Shown piece by piece: positions 23,449 to 35,094 of a stretch of 64,000 bases of DNA. The position numbers were made by a program, and so were the translations under genes. Within the stretch, counting starts at the first letter, position 1; each line of letters begins with the position of its first letter. The notes beneath the pieces were generated by a model. The model made no database searches. It saw nothing but the letters and a program-made list of their open reading frames with translations, and was not told the DNA's origin. The stretch comes from Euglena gracilis (lineage: Eukaryota): assembly GCA_039621445.1 (NCBI GenBank), contig CP154954.1, positions 27,803,735 to 27,867,734 on the forward strand, written 5' to 3'.

Positions 23449-26400
23449 TGGTACGCAGAGGTGGCTTCACTGACTCTGTCAGTGAAGAATTTTTAGATTC
23501 TGTTGATGACAAAGAATTCAAGGAATACAGTGACCAATTGAAATTGTTGGGAATTGAATTCAGTGATACCCAAACAGAGGAACAAAGAAAAAGGGAGGCT
23601 GAACTTCTGGCGTCTCAGAGGGAGTTTTGGAAACGCAGATGTGAAGCAGCCATTGGACATTCTCATTGCCCTGACTCATCTTCTCCATGTCAATCTCATA
23701 TTCTCCATGTCAATCAAACCGTCAGGGGTAAGCCCAACAAGCTCACTGCCAGGAGAACCTGAAGTTAAACAAGAAAGTTTTCACCCTTGTCCAAATGTTT
23801 TGCAAATGAGAGTTGTTTGGTGTGAATCTGAATCCGGACAGCTGAGTGTCAAATCAGACAGTGTGGAAACTTCAGAGGTCACAAAACCTGAAACTTTTTA
23901 TGACCCTTGGGATGAGTGGTGGCAAAAAGTTGAGGCAGGTATCACAGAAATGTTTTCAAACACTTTTTCTCTGAACGAGAGGCTGACGAAACTGGAGGAA
24001 GTGCCAGCCAAAGTGAGTCCAGCCACTTGGAGGGACGGATGGCTGAAATTGAAACCCGTCTGAGAAATTTGGCAGATGGTTTTCATGACCTTTTGACACG
24101 AACTTGCAGTGAAATTGAACACCGTTTTTCTGAAAGCATCCAGTCCCTGTGTGAGAAGGGCGAGGCTCTGTCAAAACGGCTGGAGAGTGAAGAAAAGATT
24201 CTGGAGGAACGGCTGAAAATGTTTGAAATCACTGAAAAGTTACAGCCCAGTGAAAAATTTCCAAGTCCAGAAAACTTTGTGCCTGGGAACCTGACTTCTG
24301 GACATGTCACAAATTTGCAGCCGTCATCAGTGTCTTCTGAGAAATCTTCCTCAGATTTTGCCGCACAGCCAAGAAAATTCAGACAGACAAAAAAATTCTG
24401 GAGGCCTGCCAAAAGCAGTTGGAACGACTTTCAGTTTTTGAGACCAAGTTGGTTTCAAGATTGGTGGGGTTGGGACTGGCATTTAAATCCCTGGAACAGC
24501 TGGGGGTGGTTTCCACCGCATCAATGGTGGTGGTGATTTTTTGAGGTCTTTTCACAGGTCTAACCACTGACTGGCACCGCACAGCAGTTTACAGATCAGT
24601 ATGTTTTTGTGGTTTGCTTGTGGCTTTGTGATTGTTTTGTGATACGTTTTTCATGGTCATCTGGTGTTGGAGGCAGATGCGTAATCAGCCAGAAGTTTAA
24701 ATCTGGATATTCAGTTTACAGAGTTTGGCTTATGGAAAAACAGCCAAGACAAACATTTTGAATCTGGTTTCTGGGGTGCATGTTTTTCCCCAGTTGCTTT
24801 CCACTTAAATGGAGACGCCCAGCCACGATGCTTGGGAATTTCTCCTAGTGTTCAGGCAGCCAGATCAATGATCTTTCAGTTTCAGTTTCAGATTTTTCAG
24901 TTTTCGGTTCTTGTCCCAAATGTCATTTGGGGTGGGGCACGGCATTGACATGTGTCACCATCCCCGACGGGGACAAATCAGACATTTCAGGTTGGAATTT
25001 TGGTTTGTGTTTTTGCTGGTCCCTTTTGTCACGGGACAGTTTTTCCAGAGAGAAACTTACCCCCGGACAGGGACATATGTTGGAGAATCGGCACAGTTTT
25101 TTGGTATTTTTCAGTCCAGTTTTATTGTGGTTTTCGAGTGTGGCAGCCCAGCAGTCCTGTGGCAGGTTTTATCTGGGTTTTTGCCAAGTCCTGAGGCAGG
25201 GGAGACCTCTAATGGACCACTCGAACCAAAAAGTTTTTTGAAAAGCGCGCAAAGAGGGGTTCCGAGGGTGGGGCTAGACCCAGGCCAGGAATAAACACCC
25301 CTGTCGCCATCCATCTAAGGGCTCAGGAAACAGTTTTCAGTTTTTCAGTCTTGGGAACCAAGGTGGATTAACCCCAGGAGGAAAAGACACCCATGAGGAA
25401 AATTCATTTTTGGGCCCAGCAGTGGCATCATCAGTGGCATTCAGTTCAGTTTTTCAGTGAAAAATCTGTTGATCTGTGGGTAACACTTTCTGCGGCATTT
25501 TTTCGGCTGTGGAGTTTGCTTGAGGGAGAAAAACTCAGAAGTGGGGGACGCCTCACAATGCAAAACTCCCAATGGTAATTTTTGCAGTTTGAGACTTGCT
25601 TATACAGTTTTCGTGTGACCCATTTGATGGATCAAGATACAGATTTTAAGTGCCGTTTTGGTTCAGAGTTCAGTGGCATTTTCAGGTTCGGTTCAGTGAG
25701 AAAATTCAGAAATCTGCCTTCTGTGTTGCCAGTGGTGAATTTTGTGCGTGTGTGTGTGCCTTGTCATGCAGGTTCAAGCAGCAATCACGAAATGAAGGAG
25801 CAAAGCAGTCAAGTTATCAAGGATTTTGACTGAATTTATTGAATTCAAAGACTTCAACAGTTTGCAAAGAATTGACTTCAAAGACTGGGATGAACATTTC
25901 GATGAGATGAGAACCGATTTCAATGACATCAATGGGACCCAAGCAATTGAATCACATGATTACGATTGGCATGATTACAATTGTGGATCGTTTATGGAAT
26001 CCCAGAATGGTGGGTACATTTATTTTACTGAAGTGCTGGGGAGAGAAGCTTAACGACCTCAAGAGCCTGCAGTGGGCAGTGGCCCGATGCACGGCCAAAG
26101 CCCAGGTCCAGGCCCAGGTTGGCTGCTCCCACAGCGCTGTATCAGATTTTTCATGTTTTTGGGTCTCAGGATTTTGCATGTGGTTTGGAGCCATTTTTTC
26201 TCCCTCCTCGTGCAGCTGGGGGGGGGGGCTGTGTTGAGCCCTGTTTTTGTTGGTGTGGTGGATCAAAATCAGTTTTGGCTTTACGGTTGGAATTTTTTGA
26301 CTCAGAATTGGATACCCCTGTGAGACGTTTGGGTGGGGACAGGAATGCATCATATTGTGACCGTGATTGTTTTGGTCACACCCCAGATGTGACGGGGTTT

Positions 26401-28004
26401 GATGAAATTCCATTTTTCCCATTTTATTTGTCGAATGGGGATTCTGATTTTGCAGCCAGGAATTTTTAACCCATGGCCCTCCCCACATTGGTTGACGGTG
26501 GGGGGGGGGGCGACATTGTGAAGGCCCGTCCTTTGACATGTGTGAGATTTCAGTCGGTTTGGATATTACGGCCCAGGTTTGTGATTTTTTGTTTGGAGGC
26601 TGAAGCCAGATTGACCCCCATGGCCCCATGTGACTGGGGGGGGGCAGCTAAAAATCGCTTTGGCTGAGAAAATTGGATTTGAATTTTCAGTATTTTTGAG
26701 TTTGACATGTCATTTGACCCCCATTGCCCCGTGTGATTGGGGGGGGGAGTGAATTTAGATTGGCAAGCCGGATTTGTTGGTTTTACGGCTCCAGTGAATC
26801 GGTTGGACCCACAGCTGGGCCGGATGGCCTGGCCCCTCAACAACGGTATGCTGCTGGATGCTTTTGTTTGGGTTGGTTGTTCTCAGCTGGATGTCAGAGG
26901 TTGGAATTCTGGATTGGATTTTGTTGAGGGCTTTTGTAGGCCCTGTGTTGGACCCAGATTTTTGATTTTTTTGATGATTTTTGTTGCTGCAGGATTTTTA
27001 CACAAAGAGTTGGAAAAAGCCTGGGATTTTAATAATTTTTCTGGTGGACGACAAAACGAGTTGGAGCTTTAGAACTCAGTTTTTTGATTCGGTTTGGATA
27101 ATGGATATTGGTCAAAGGCATTTTTTCATGGAACACAGCTTGGAGGCATCCGAACTCGGGGGGGGGGGACCCTGGACCGGAGATGACCCCTCCTCCGTCC
27201 ATAGGCCCTGTTGTGGGCCAATGAAAAAAAAAAACAAGCCACGTGGGCACTAAAGCCCTGTGATATAGTGGCTGTGGGCCAATGTGAAGCCCTGTTCTCT
27301 TTGCGTTCAAAAAAGTCAGCCCAGTCATTTTCGGTTGGAATGCATGACAAGGAAGTGAGCGTGCATACACACAAAACAAACAACCGCACACGCACACGAA
27401 CCCGCACACCCATTGTACACTATTCCATATGACCGCTTACCCTCTCACTTTTCACTTTTGCTTACCATTTACCTTTTTCTTACCCAACTGTCCCGAATTG
27501 GAAAGGAATGCCTAGGTTTCTCTTTTTTCTTTTCCCCACACAAGTCATTTTCTGAGGCTCTGTTGGCCAAAGTCCCTGATTTTTTTTAAAAAAATCGACA
27601 AATAAAGTCTCACACAATGAAAGCTGCCAAAAAGGATTTTCACCAAGGGGGGCAGCGTGGGACTTAGGCCTTGGGGTGGATTGCCCAGAGTTTGTTTCGT
27701 TTGGAATCGTTTTTCAGATTTGTGTTCAAAGACCCGTTTCCCCATGCTTGTCGGAGGAAAGGGGTGGGGGGCTTCCCCCGTAGACCTGCTTTTTCAGAGT
27801 CCCCCAAGGTGCCCGATATTATGGCTGGGGGGGGGGTGCGACTCGTAACACACATTTTCAAAAAAAAAAAGCGACAGGACCCGTTTCAAAAAAAAAAACA
27901 GAATTTTCGCCTCCCACAAAAAAAATCATTTTCACTCTCCCCGTTTTTGTTCGGGGGGGGGGGGGGCAGAAAAACGGGTCCGACTAACGTCGCAAGGGAG
28001 GGGG

Positions 28005-28604
28005 TGTCGGCTGCCGCTGGCGTCGGCAGCCAAAAATTTCCCAGAAAATTCCCAAAAACCCCAGTAGGAATATCCAAAGCAAGTCAACCGCCACGCGAGT
28101 GGAATTGGAACACCAGCAAATTCCAGCAAGAATTTGAGAATTCGAATTGAGAATCACAAGAGCACAAAAGTCAATTGAAAATTGAAAGATCAAAAAGGAC
28201 AATTCAATTATCCAAGGAAATCAAGGCATTCATTTCCACATTCTTTCTCCCACTCAACACCTGAATTCAAAGGTACTTGCCCACCCTCTCAAGCCCCAGG
28301 TTTGTTGTGCTCTGCTGTTTGATCCTAAGTAGGTGGGTTGGTTTTGTCCTTGCTCACCTTTTGATCCAAATGTTTGAAAAGGCAAAACAGTGGAGGCTAA
28401 AAACGATCCTACGCGGGGAGACAGGGGGACCTGGGTCGGGGGGGCACACCTCACCCCCATTACCGCCTGTGGATTTATTTGAAAACGGGGCCCAACTTGC
28501 CAAAGGCCCTGGCCTGAGCCCACCAGGGCCAGAAAAGGGAAATTGTGGCCCCAGCGAAAGCAGCAGCCCCCCCGGGCGAGCAGGGTCCCCCAAGACCCCC
28601 AACA
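28005..28604 (+). repeat. Array LTR2 (600 bp)
   Basis: PPT before, PBS after; appears identical to LTR1 by eye. Confidence 0.85.
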
Positions 28605-29677
28605 TGGTACGCAGAGGTGGCTTCACTGACTCTGTCAGTGAAGAATTTTTAGATTCTGTTGATGACAAAGAATTCAAGGAATACAGTGACCAATTCAAAT
28701 TGTTGGGAATTGAATTCAGTGATACCCAAACAGAGGAACAAAGAAAAAGGGAGGCTGAACTTCTGGCGTCTCAGAGGGAGTTTTGGAAACTCAGATGTGA
28801 AGCAGCCATTGGACATTCTCATGGCCCTGACTCATCTTCTCCATGTCAATCTTGTAAACCGTCAGGGGTAAGCCCAACAAGCTCACTGCCAGGAGAACCT
28901 GAAGATAAACAAGAAAGTTTTGACCCTTGTCCAAATGTTTTGCTAATGAGAGTTGTGCGGTGTGAATCTGAATCCGGACAGCTGAGTGTCAAATCAGACA
29001 GTGTGGAAACTTCAGAGGTCGCAAAACCTGAAACTTTTTATGACCCTTGGGATGAGTGGTGGCAAAAAGTTGAGGCAGGTATCACAGAATTGTTTTCAAA
29101 CACTTTTTCTCTGAACGAGAGGCTGACGAAACTGGAGGAAGTGCCCAGCCAAAGTGAGTCCAGCCACTTGGAGGGACGGATGGCTGAAATTGAAACCCGT
29201 CTGAGAAATTTGGCAGATGGTTTTCATGACCTTTTGACACGAACTTGCAGTGAAATTGAACACCGTTTTTCTGAAAGCATCCAGTCCCTGTGTGAGAAGG
29301 GCGAGGCTCTGTCAAAACGGCTGGATAGTGAAGAAAAGATTCTGGAGGAACGGCTGAAAATGTTTGAAATCACTGAAAAGTTACAGCCCAGTGAAAAATT
29401 TCCAAGTCCAGAAAATTTTGTGCCTGTGAACCTGACTTCTGGACATGTCACAAATTTGCAGCCGTCATCAGTGTCTTCTGAGAAATCTTCCTCAGATTTA
29501 GCCGCACAGCCAAGAAAATTCAGACAGACAAAAAAATTCTGCAGGCCTGCCAAAAGCAGTTGGAACGACTTTCAGTTTTTGAGACCAAGTTGGTTTCAAG
29601 ATTGGTGGGGTTGGGACTGGCATTTAAATCCCTGGAACAGCTGGTGGTGGTTTCCACCGCATCAGTGGTGGTGGTGA
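28604..29677 (+). CDS. Unknown 357-aa protein (coiled-coil-like middle, Trp-rich C-terminus); intact in unit 2, broken in the other units
   Basis: First true ATG downstream of the LTR body within open frame 28277-29677; heptad-like LEGRMAEIETRLRNL...LEERLKM; homologous frames at ~23448, 35094, 40380 and 45489. Confidence 0.55.
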   Translation: MVRRGGFTDSVSEEFLDSVDDKEFKEYSDQFKLLGIEFSDTQTEEQRKREAELLASQREFWKLRCEAAIGHSHGPDSSSPCQSCKPSGVSPTSSLPGEPEDKQESFDPCPNVLLMRVVRCESESGQLSVKSDSVETSEVAKPETFYDPWDEWWQKVEAGITELFSNTFSLNERLTKLEEVPSQSESSHLEGRMAEIETRLRNLADGFHDLLTRTCSEIEHRFSESIQSLCEKGEALSKRLDSEEKILEERLKMFEITEKLQPSEKFPSPENFVPVNLTSGHVTNLQPSSVSSEKSSSDLAAQPRKFRQTKKFCRPAKSSWNDFQFLRPSWFQDWWGWDWHLNPWNSWWWFPPHQWWW

Positions 29678-30510
29678 TTTTTTGAGGTCTTTCCACAGGT
29701 CTAACCACTGACTGGCACCGCACAGCACTTTACAGATCAGTATGTTTTTGGGGTTTGCTTGTGGCTTTGTGATTGTTTTGTGATACGTTTTTCAAGGTGA
29801 TCTGGTGTTGGAGGCAGATGCGTAATCAGCCAGAAGTTTAAATCTGGATTTTCAGTTTACAGAGTTTGGCTTATGGAAAAACAGCCAAGACAAACATTTT
29901 GAATCTGGTTTCTGGGGTGCATGTTTTTCCCCAGTTGCTTTCCACTTAAATGGAGACGCCCAGCCACGATGCTTGGGAATTTCTCCTAGTGTTCAGGCAG
30001 CCAGATCAATGATCTTTCAGTTTCAGTTTCAGAGTTTTCAGTTTTCGGTTCTTGTCCCAAATGTCATTTGGGGTGGGGCACGGCATTGACATGTGTCACC
30101 ATCCCCGACGGGGACAAATCAGACATTTCAGGTTGGAATTTTGGTTTGTGTTTTTGCTGGTCCGTTTTGTCACGGGACAGTTTTTCCAGAGAGAAACTTA
30201 CCCCCGGACAGGGACATATGTTGGAGAATCGGCACAGTTTTTGAGATTTTTCAGTCCAGTTTTATTGTGGTTTTCGAGTGTGGCAGCCCAGCAGTCCTGT
30301 GGCAGGTTTTATCTGGGTTTTTGCCAAGTCCTGAGGCAGGGGAGACCTCTAATGGACCACTCGAACCAAAAAGTTTTTTGGAAAGCGCGCAAAGAGGGGT
30401 TCCGAGGGTGGGGCTAGACCCAGGCCAGGAATAAACACCCCTGTGGCCACCCATCTAAGGGCTCAGGAAACAGTTTTCAGTTTTTCAGTCTTGGGAACCA
30501 AGGTGGATTA

Positions 30511-31857
30511 CAGGGGGGAAAAAATTCCGCAGCGCTTAAGATGCACGCGCCCAACATGGCGTCGCTTTATTCCGCGCACGGGCCACGGCTCGAAATCAAA
30601 TTACCGCGCCCTGGCGACTCGAAATTTCCCGACACGGAGAAAAACGCCTTCTGGTTGTTTGCCCCAGCGGATTTTTTCGGTTGCGCACGAAGCTGGCCGA
30701 AAATTTTGGACACCGTGAGAGGACGTCCCCATCCGAAGGTGGTTTTTTTTAGTCAGTCCACTTTGCCAACGGCATAAAGGGGTTAATAACTCTTTCGTAG
30801 GCAGTGTTAAAATGGACAATCTCCATCCCCCCCCCGGGAGAAAGACCGAGGTTTTTAACAGGTTTTGGGTGATTTTGTTCCCAAAATCCTGAAAAAATCT
30901 TCCACTGGATAGCTTTGCTAGAAATCCCACTAGCCAAATTTGGACTGGCTGCAGTCCAGCCCCCCCCCCCGGGGCAAACCAAATGCCTGCCACGGGGGGT
31001 ACTGGCCAGCCAATCGGCTGGACACTGGCTGGGCACAGGAAAAAATGGACCAGCCAGACCCCCAAACGGAAAAAAAAAATACTCGGGGGGGGGGCAAAAA
31101 TGGCCCCTGGGCGTTGCACCAAAAAAGACTAAAAATTTGGCACCAAAACTGGCCAGGATGTGGAACCAAACCATTGAAAAGTTGCAAACAAAAACCAGAC
31201 AAACAAAAGCCATCGACTTTTTAGGCAAAGCAACAGGAATCAGAAAACACACGACAGCCATGTCCAACAACATGGAGCAGTTTAGCAGGGACATGCTCAG
31301 GTCCAGATTAGTCCAGACAAACTCCTTCCAATAAGTTCATTTCACCTCAAGCCACCTGTGTACAGGGTCTCAGCAGTATATGCTTGAGCTATTGTGAGAC
31401 GACAAGTGTGTGACAATAATCTGCAACACCTCAGCTGCTGACAGCCACGTTTGCATGATGGACTTCAGCAAATTCTTGTCAGTGATCTGTTGAACAGAGA
31501 AGAGAACATTCCCTGACACCATTGCCTGGCAAACCTCTGTCATCGGAGAGCTTGATGCTGAGAGAAGTCAGCGTCTTCTGATATTTTTCAGTCTTGTCAC
31601 TCATCACAGCATCAAACGTCCCGCATATGGGCTTCACAGAAACGACAGTAAGATCTCTTGGCACCAGCAAACAAACATCCTGTGAATGTTTTCAGAAATT
31701 GGTTGAAAAATTTCGTGTCGCCTAATTGCCAATCGCAGTTAATTCCGCGTTTCTACATCCGTGTGAACTCCGTTCCCGCATAATATAATCGCGGGGTTTT
31801 ACACACACGGATTAAAACGAGCTGCGTATAAGCGATACGGAATATTCTTCCCCCCTG
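30511..31857. mobile_element. Non-autonomous Tc1/mariner-type TIR element (1347 bp) inserted in array unit 2
   Basis: Absent from the other units; TA duplicated (30509-10, 31858-59); imperfect TIRs CAGGGGGGAAAAAATTCCGCAGCGCTTA / CAGGGGGGAAGAATATTCCGTATCGCTTA; no transposase recognised. Confidence 0.85.
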
Positions 31858-34494
31858 TAACCCCAGGAGGAAAAGACACCCCTGAGGAAAATTCATTTTT
31901 GGGCCCAGCAGTGGCATCATCAGTGGCATTCAGTTCAGTTTTTCAGTGAAAAATCTGTTGATCTGTGGGTAACACTTTCTGCGGCATTTTTTCGGCTGTG
32001 GAGTTTGCTTGAGGGAGAAAAACTCAGAAGTGGGGGACGCCTCACAATGCAAAACTCCCAATGGTAATTTTTGCAGTTTGAGACTTGCTTATACAGTTTT
32101 CGTGTGACCCATTTGATGGATCAAGATACAGATTTTAAGTGCCGTTTTGGTTCAGAGTTCAGTGGCATTTTCAGGTTCGGTTCAGTGAGAAAATTCAGAA
32201 ATCTGCCTTCTGTGTTGCCAGTGGTGAATTTTGTGCGTGTGTGTGTGTGCCTTGTCATGCAGGTTCAAGCAGCAATCACGAAATGAAGGAGCAAAGCAGT
32301 CAAGTTATCAAGGATTTTGACTGAATTTATTGAATCCAAAGACTTCAACAGTTTGCAAAGAATTGACTTCAAAGACTGGGATGAACATTTCGATGAGATG
32401 AGAACCGATTTCAATGACATCAATGGGACCCAAGCAATTGAATCACATGATTACGATTGGCATGATTACAATTGTGGATCGTTTATGGAATCCCAGAATG
32501 GTGGGTACATTTATTTTACTGAAGTGCTGGGGAGAGAAGCTTAACGACCTCAAGAGCCTGCAGTGGGCAGTGGCCCGATGCACGGCCAAAGCCCAGGTCC
32601 AGGCCCAGGTTGGCTGCTCCCACAGCGCTGAAACAGATTTTTCATGTTTTTGGGTCTCAGGTTTTTGCATGTGGTTTGGAGCCATTTTTTATCCCTCCTC
32701 GTGCAGCTGGGGGGGGGGGGGGGCTGTGTTGAGCCCTGTTTTTTGTTGGTGTGGTGGATCAAAATCAGTTTTGGCTTTACGGTTGGAATTTTTTGACTCA
32801 GAATTGGATACCCCTGTGAGACGTTTGGGTGGGGACAGGAATGCATCATATTGTGACCGTGATTGTTTTGGTCACACCCCAGATGTGACGGGGTTTGATG
32901 AAATTCCATTTTTCCCATTTTATTTGTCGAATGGGGATTCTGATTTTGCAGCCAGGAATTTTTAACCCATGGCCCTCCCCACATTGGTTGACGGTGGGGG
33001 GCGGGGCGACATTGTGAAGGCCCGTCCTTTGACATGTGTGAGATTTCAGTCGGTTTGGATATTACGGCCCAGGTTTGTGATTTTTTGTTTGGAGGCTGAA
33101 GCCAGATTGACCCCCATGGCCCCATGTGACTGGGGGGGGGCAGCTAAAAATCGCTTTGGCTGAGAAAATTGGATTTGAATTTTCAGTAATTTTGAGTTTG
33201 CCATGTCATTTGACCCCCATTGCCCCGTGTGATTGGGGGGGGGGGGCAGTGAATTTAAATTGGCAAGCCGGATTTGTTGGTTTTACGGCTCCAGTGAATC
33301 GGTTGGACCCACAGCTGGGCCGGATGGCCTGGCCCCTCAACAACGGTATGCTGCTGGATGCTTTTGTTTGGGTTGGTTGTTCTCAGCTGGATGTCAGAGG
33401 TTGGAATTCTGGATTGGATTTTGTTGAGGGCTTTTGTAGGCCCTGTGTTGGACCCAGATTTTTGATTTTTTTGATGATTTTTGTTGCTGGAGGATTTTTA
33501 CACAAAGAGTTGGAAAAAGCCTGGGATTTTAATAATTTTTCTGGTGGACGACAAGACGAGTTGGAGCTTTAGAACTCAGTTTTTTGATTCGGTTTGGATA
33601 ATGGATATTGGTCAAAGGCATTTTTTCATGGAACACAGCTTGGAGGCATCCGAACTCGGGGGGGGGGGACCCTGGACCGGAGATGACCCCTCCTCCGTCC
33701 ATAGGCCCTGTTGTGGGCCAATGAAAAAAAAAAACCAGCCACGTGGGCACTAAAGCCCTGTGATATAGTGGCTGTGGGCCAATGTGAAGCCCTGTTCTCT
33801 TTGCGTTCAAAAAAGTCAGCCCAGTCATTTTCGGTTGGAATGCATGACAAGGAAGTGAGCGTGCATACACACAAAACACACAACCGCACACGCACACGAA
33901 CCCGCACACCCATTGTACACTATTCCATATGACCGCTTACCCTCTCACTTTTCACTTTTGCTTACCATTTGCCTTTTTCTTACCCAACTGTCCCGAATTG
34001 GAAAGGAATGCCTAGGTTTCTCTTTTTCTTTTCCCCACACAAGTCATTTTCTGAGGCGCTGTTGGCCAAAGTCCCTGATTTTTTTTAAAAAAATCGACAA
34101 ATGAAGTCTCACACAATGAAAGCTGCCAAAAAGGATTTTCACCAAGGGGGGCAGCGTGGGACTTAGGCCTTGGTGTGGAGTGCCCAGAGTTTGTTTCGTT
34201 TGGAACCGTTTTTCAGATTTGTGTTCAAAGACCCGTTTCCCCATGCTTGTCGGAGGAAAGGGGTGGGGGGCTTCCCCCGTAGACCTGATTTTTCAGAGTC
34301 CCCCAAGGTGCCCGATATTATGGCTGGGGGGGGGTCCGACTCGTAACACAGATTTTCAAAAAAAAGCGACAGTACCCGTTTCAAAAAAACAAACAGAATT
34401 TTCGCCCCCCACAAAAAAAATCATTTTCACTCTCCCCGTTTTTGTTCGGGGGGGGGCAGAAAAACGGGTCCGACTAACGTCGCAAGGGAGGGGG

Positions 34495-35094
34495 TGTCGG
34501 CTGCCGCTGGCGTCGGCAGCCAAAAATTTCCCAGAAAATTCCCAAAAACCCCAGTAGGAATATCCAAAGCAAGTCAACCGCCACGCGAGTGGAATTGGAA
34601 CACCAGCAAATTCCAGCAAGAATTTGAGAATTCGAATTGAGAATCACAAGAGCACAAAAGTCAATTGAAAATTGAAAGATCAAAAAGGACAATTCAATTA
34701 TCCAAGGAAATCAAGGCATTCATTTCCACATTCTTTCTCCCACTCAACACCTGAATTCAAAGGTACTTGCCCACCCTCTCAAGCCCCAGGTTTGTTGTGC
34801 TCTGCTGTTTGATCCTAAGTAGGTGGGTTGGTTTTGTCCTTGCTCACCTTTTGATCCAAATGTTTGAAAAGGCAAAACAGTGGAGGCTAAAAACGATCCT
34901 ACGCGGGGAGACAGGGGGACCTGGGTCGGGGGGGCACACCTCACCCCCATTACCGCCTGTGGATTTATTTGAAAACGGGGCCCAACTTGCCAAAGGCCCT
35001 GGCCTGAGCCCACCAGGGCCAGAAAAGGGAAATTGTGGCCCCAGCGAAAGCAGCAGCCCCCCCGGGCGAGCAGGGTCCCCCAAGACCCCCAACA
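34495..35094 (+). repeat. Array LTR3 (600 bp)
   Basis: PPT before; PBS mutated to TGTTAC. Confidence 0.85.

Noticed and set aside
27141-27157. TGGAGGCATCCG as an alternative PBS implying a 4.3-kb LTR
   Set aside because: The iMet-type PBS at 23449 is supported by the related element Y with perfect TGTTC...GAACA termini.
27980-28030. Helitron 3' end (hairpin plus TTAG|TC on the minus strand)
   Set aside because: The PPT-TG...CA-PBS arrangement and the exact array start at TG fit an LTR element much better.
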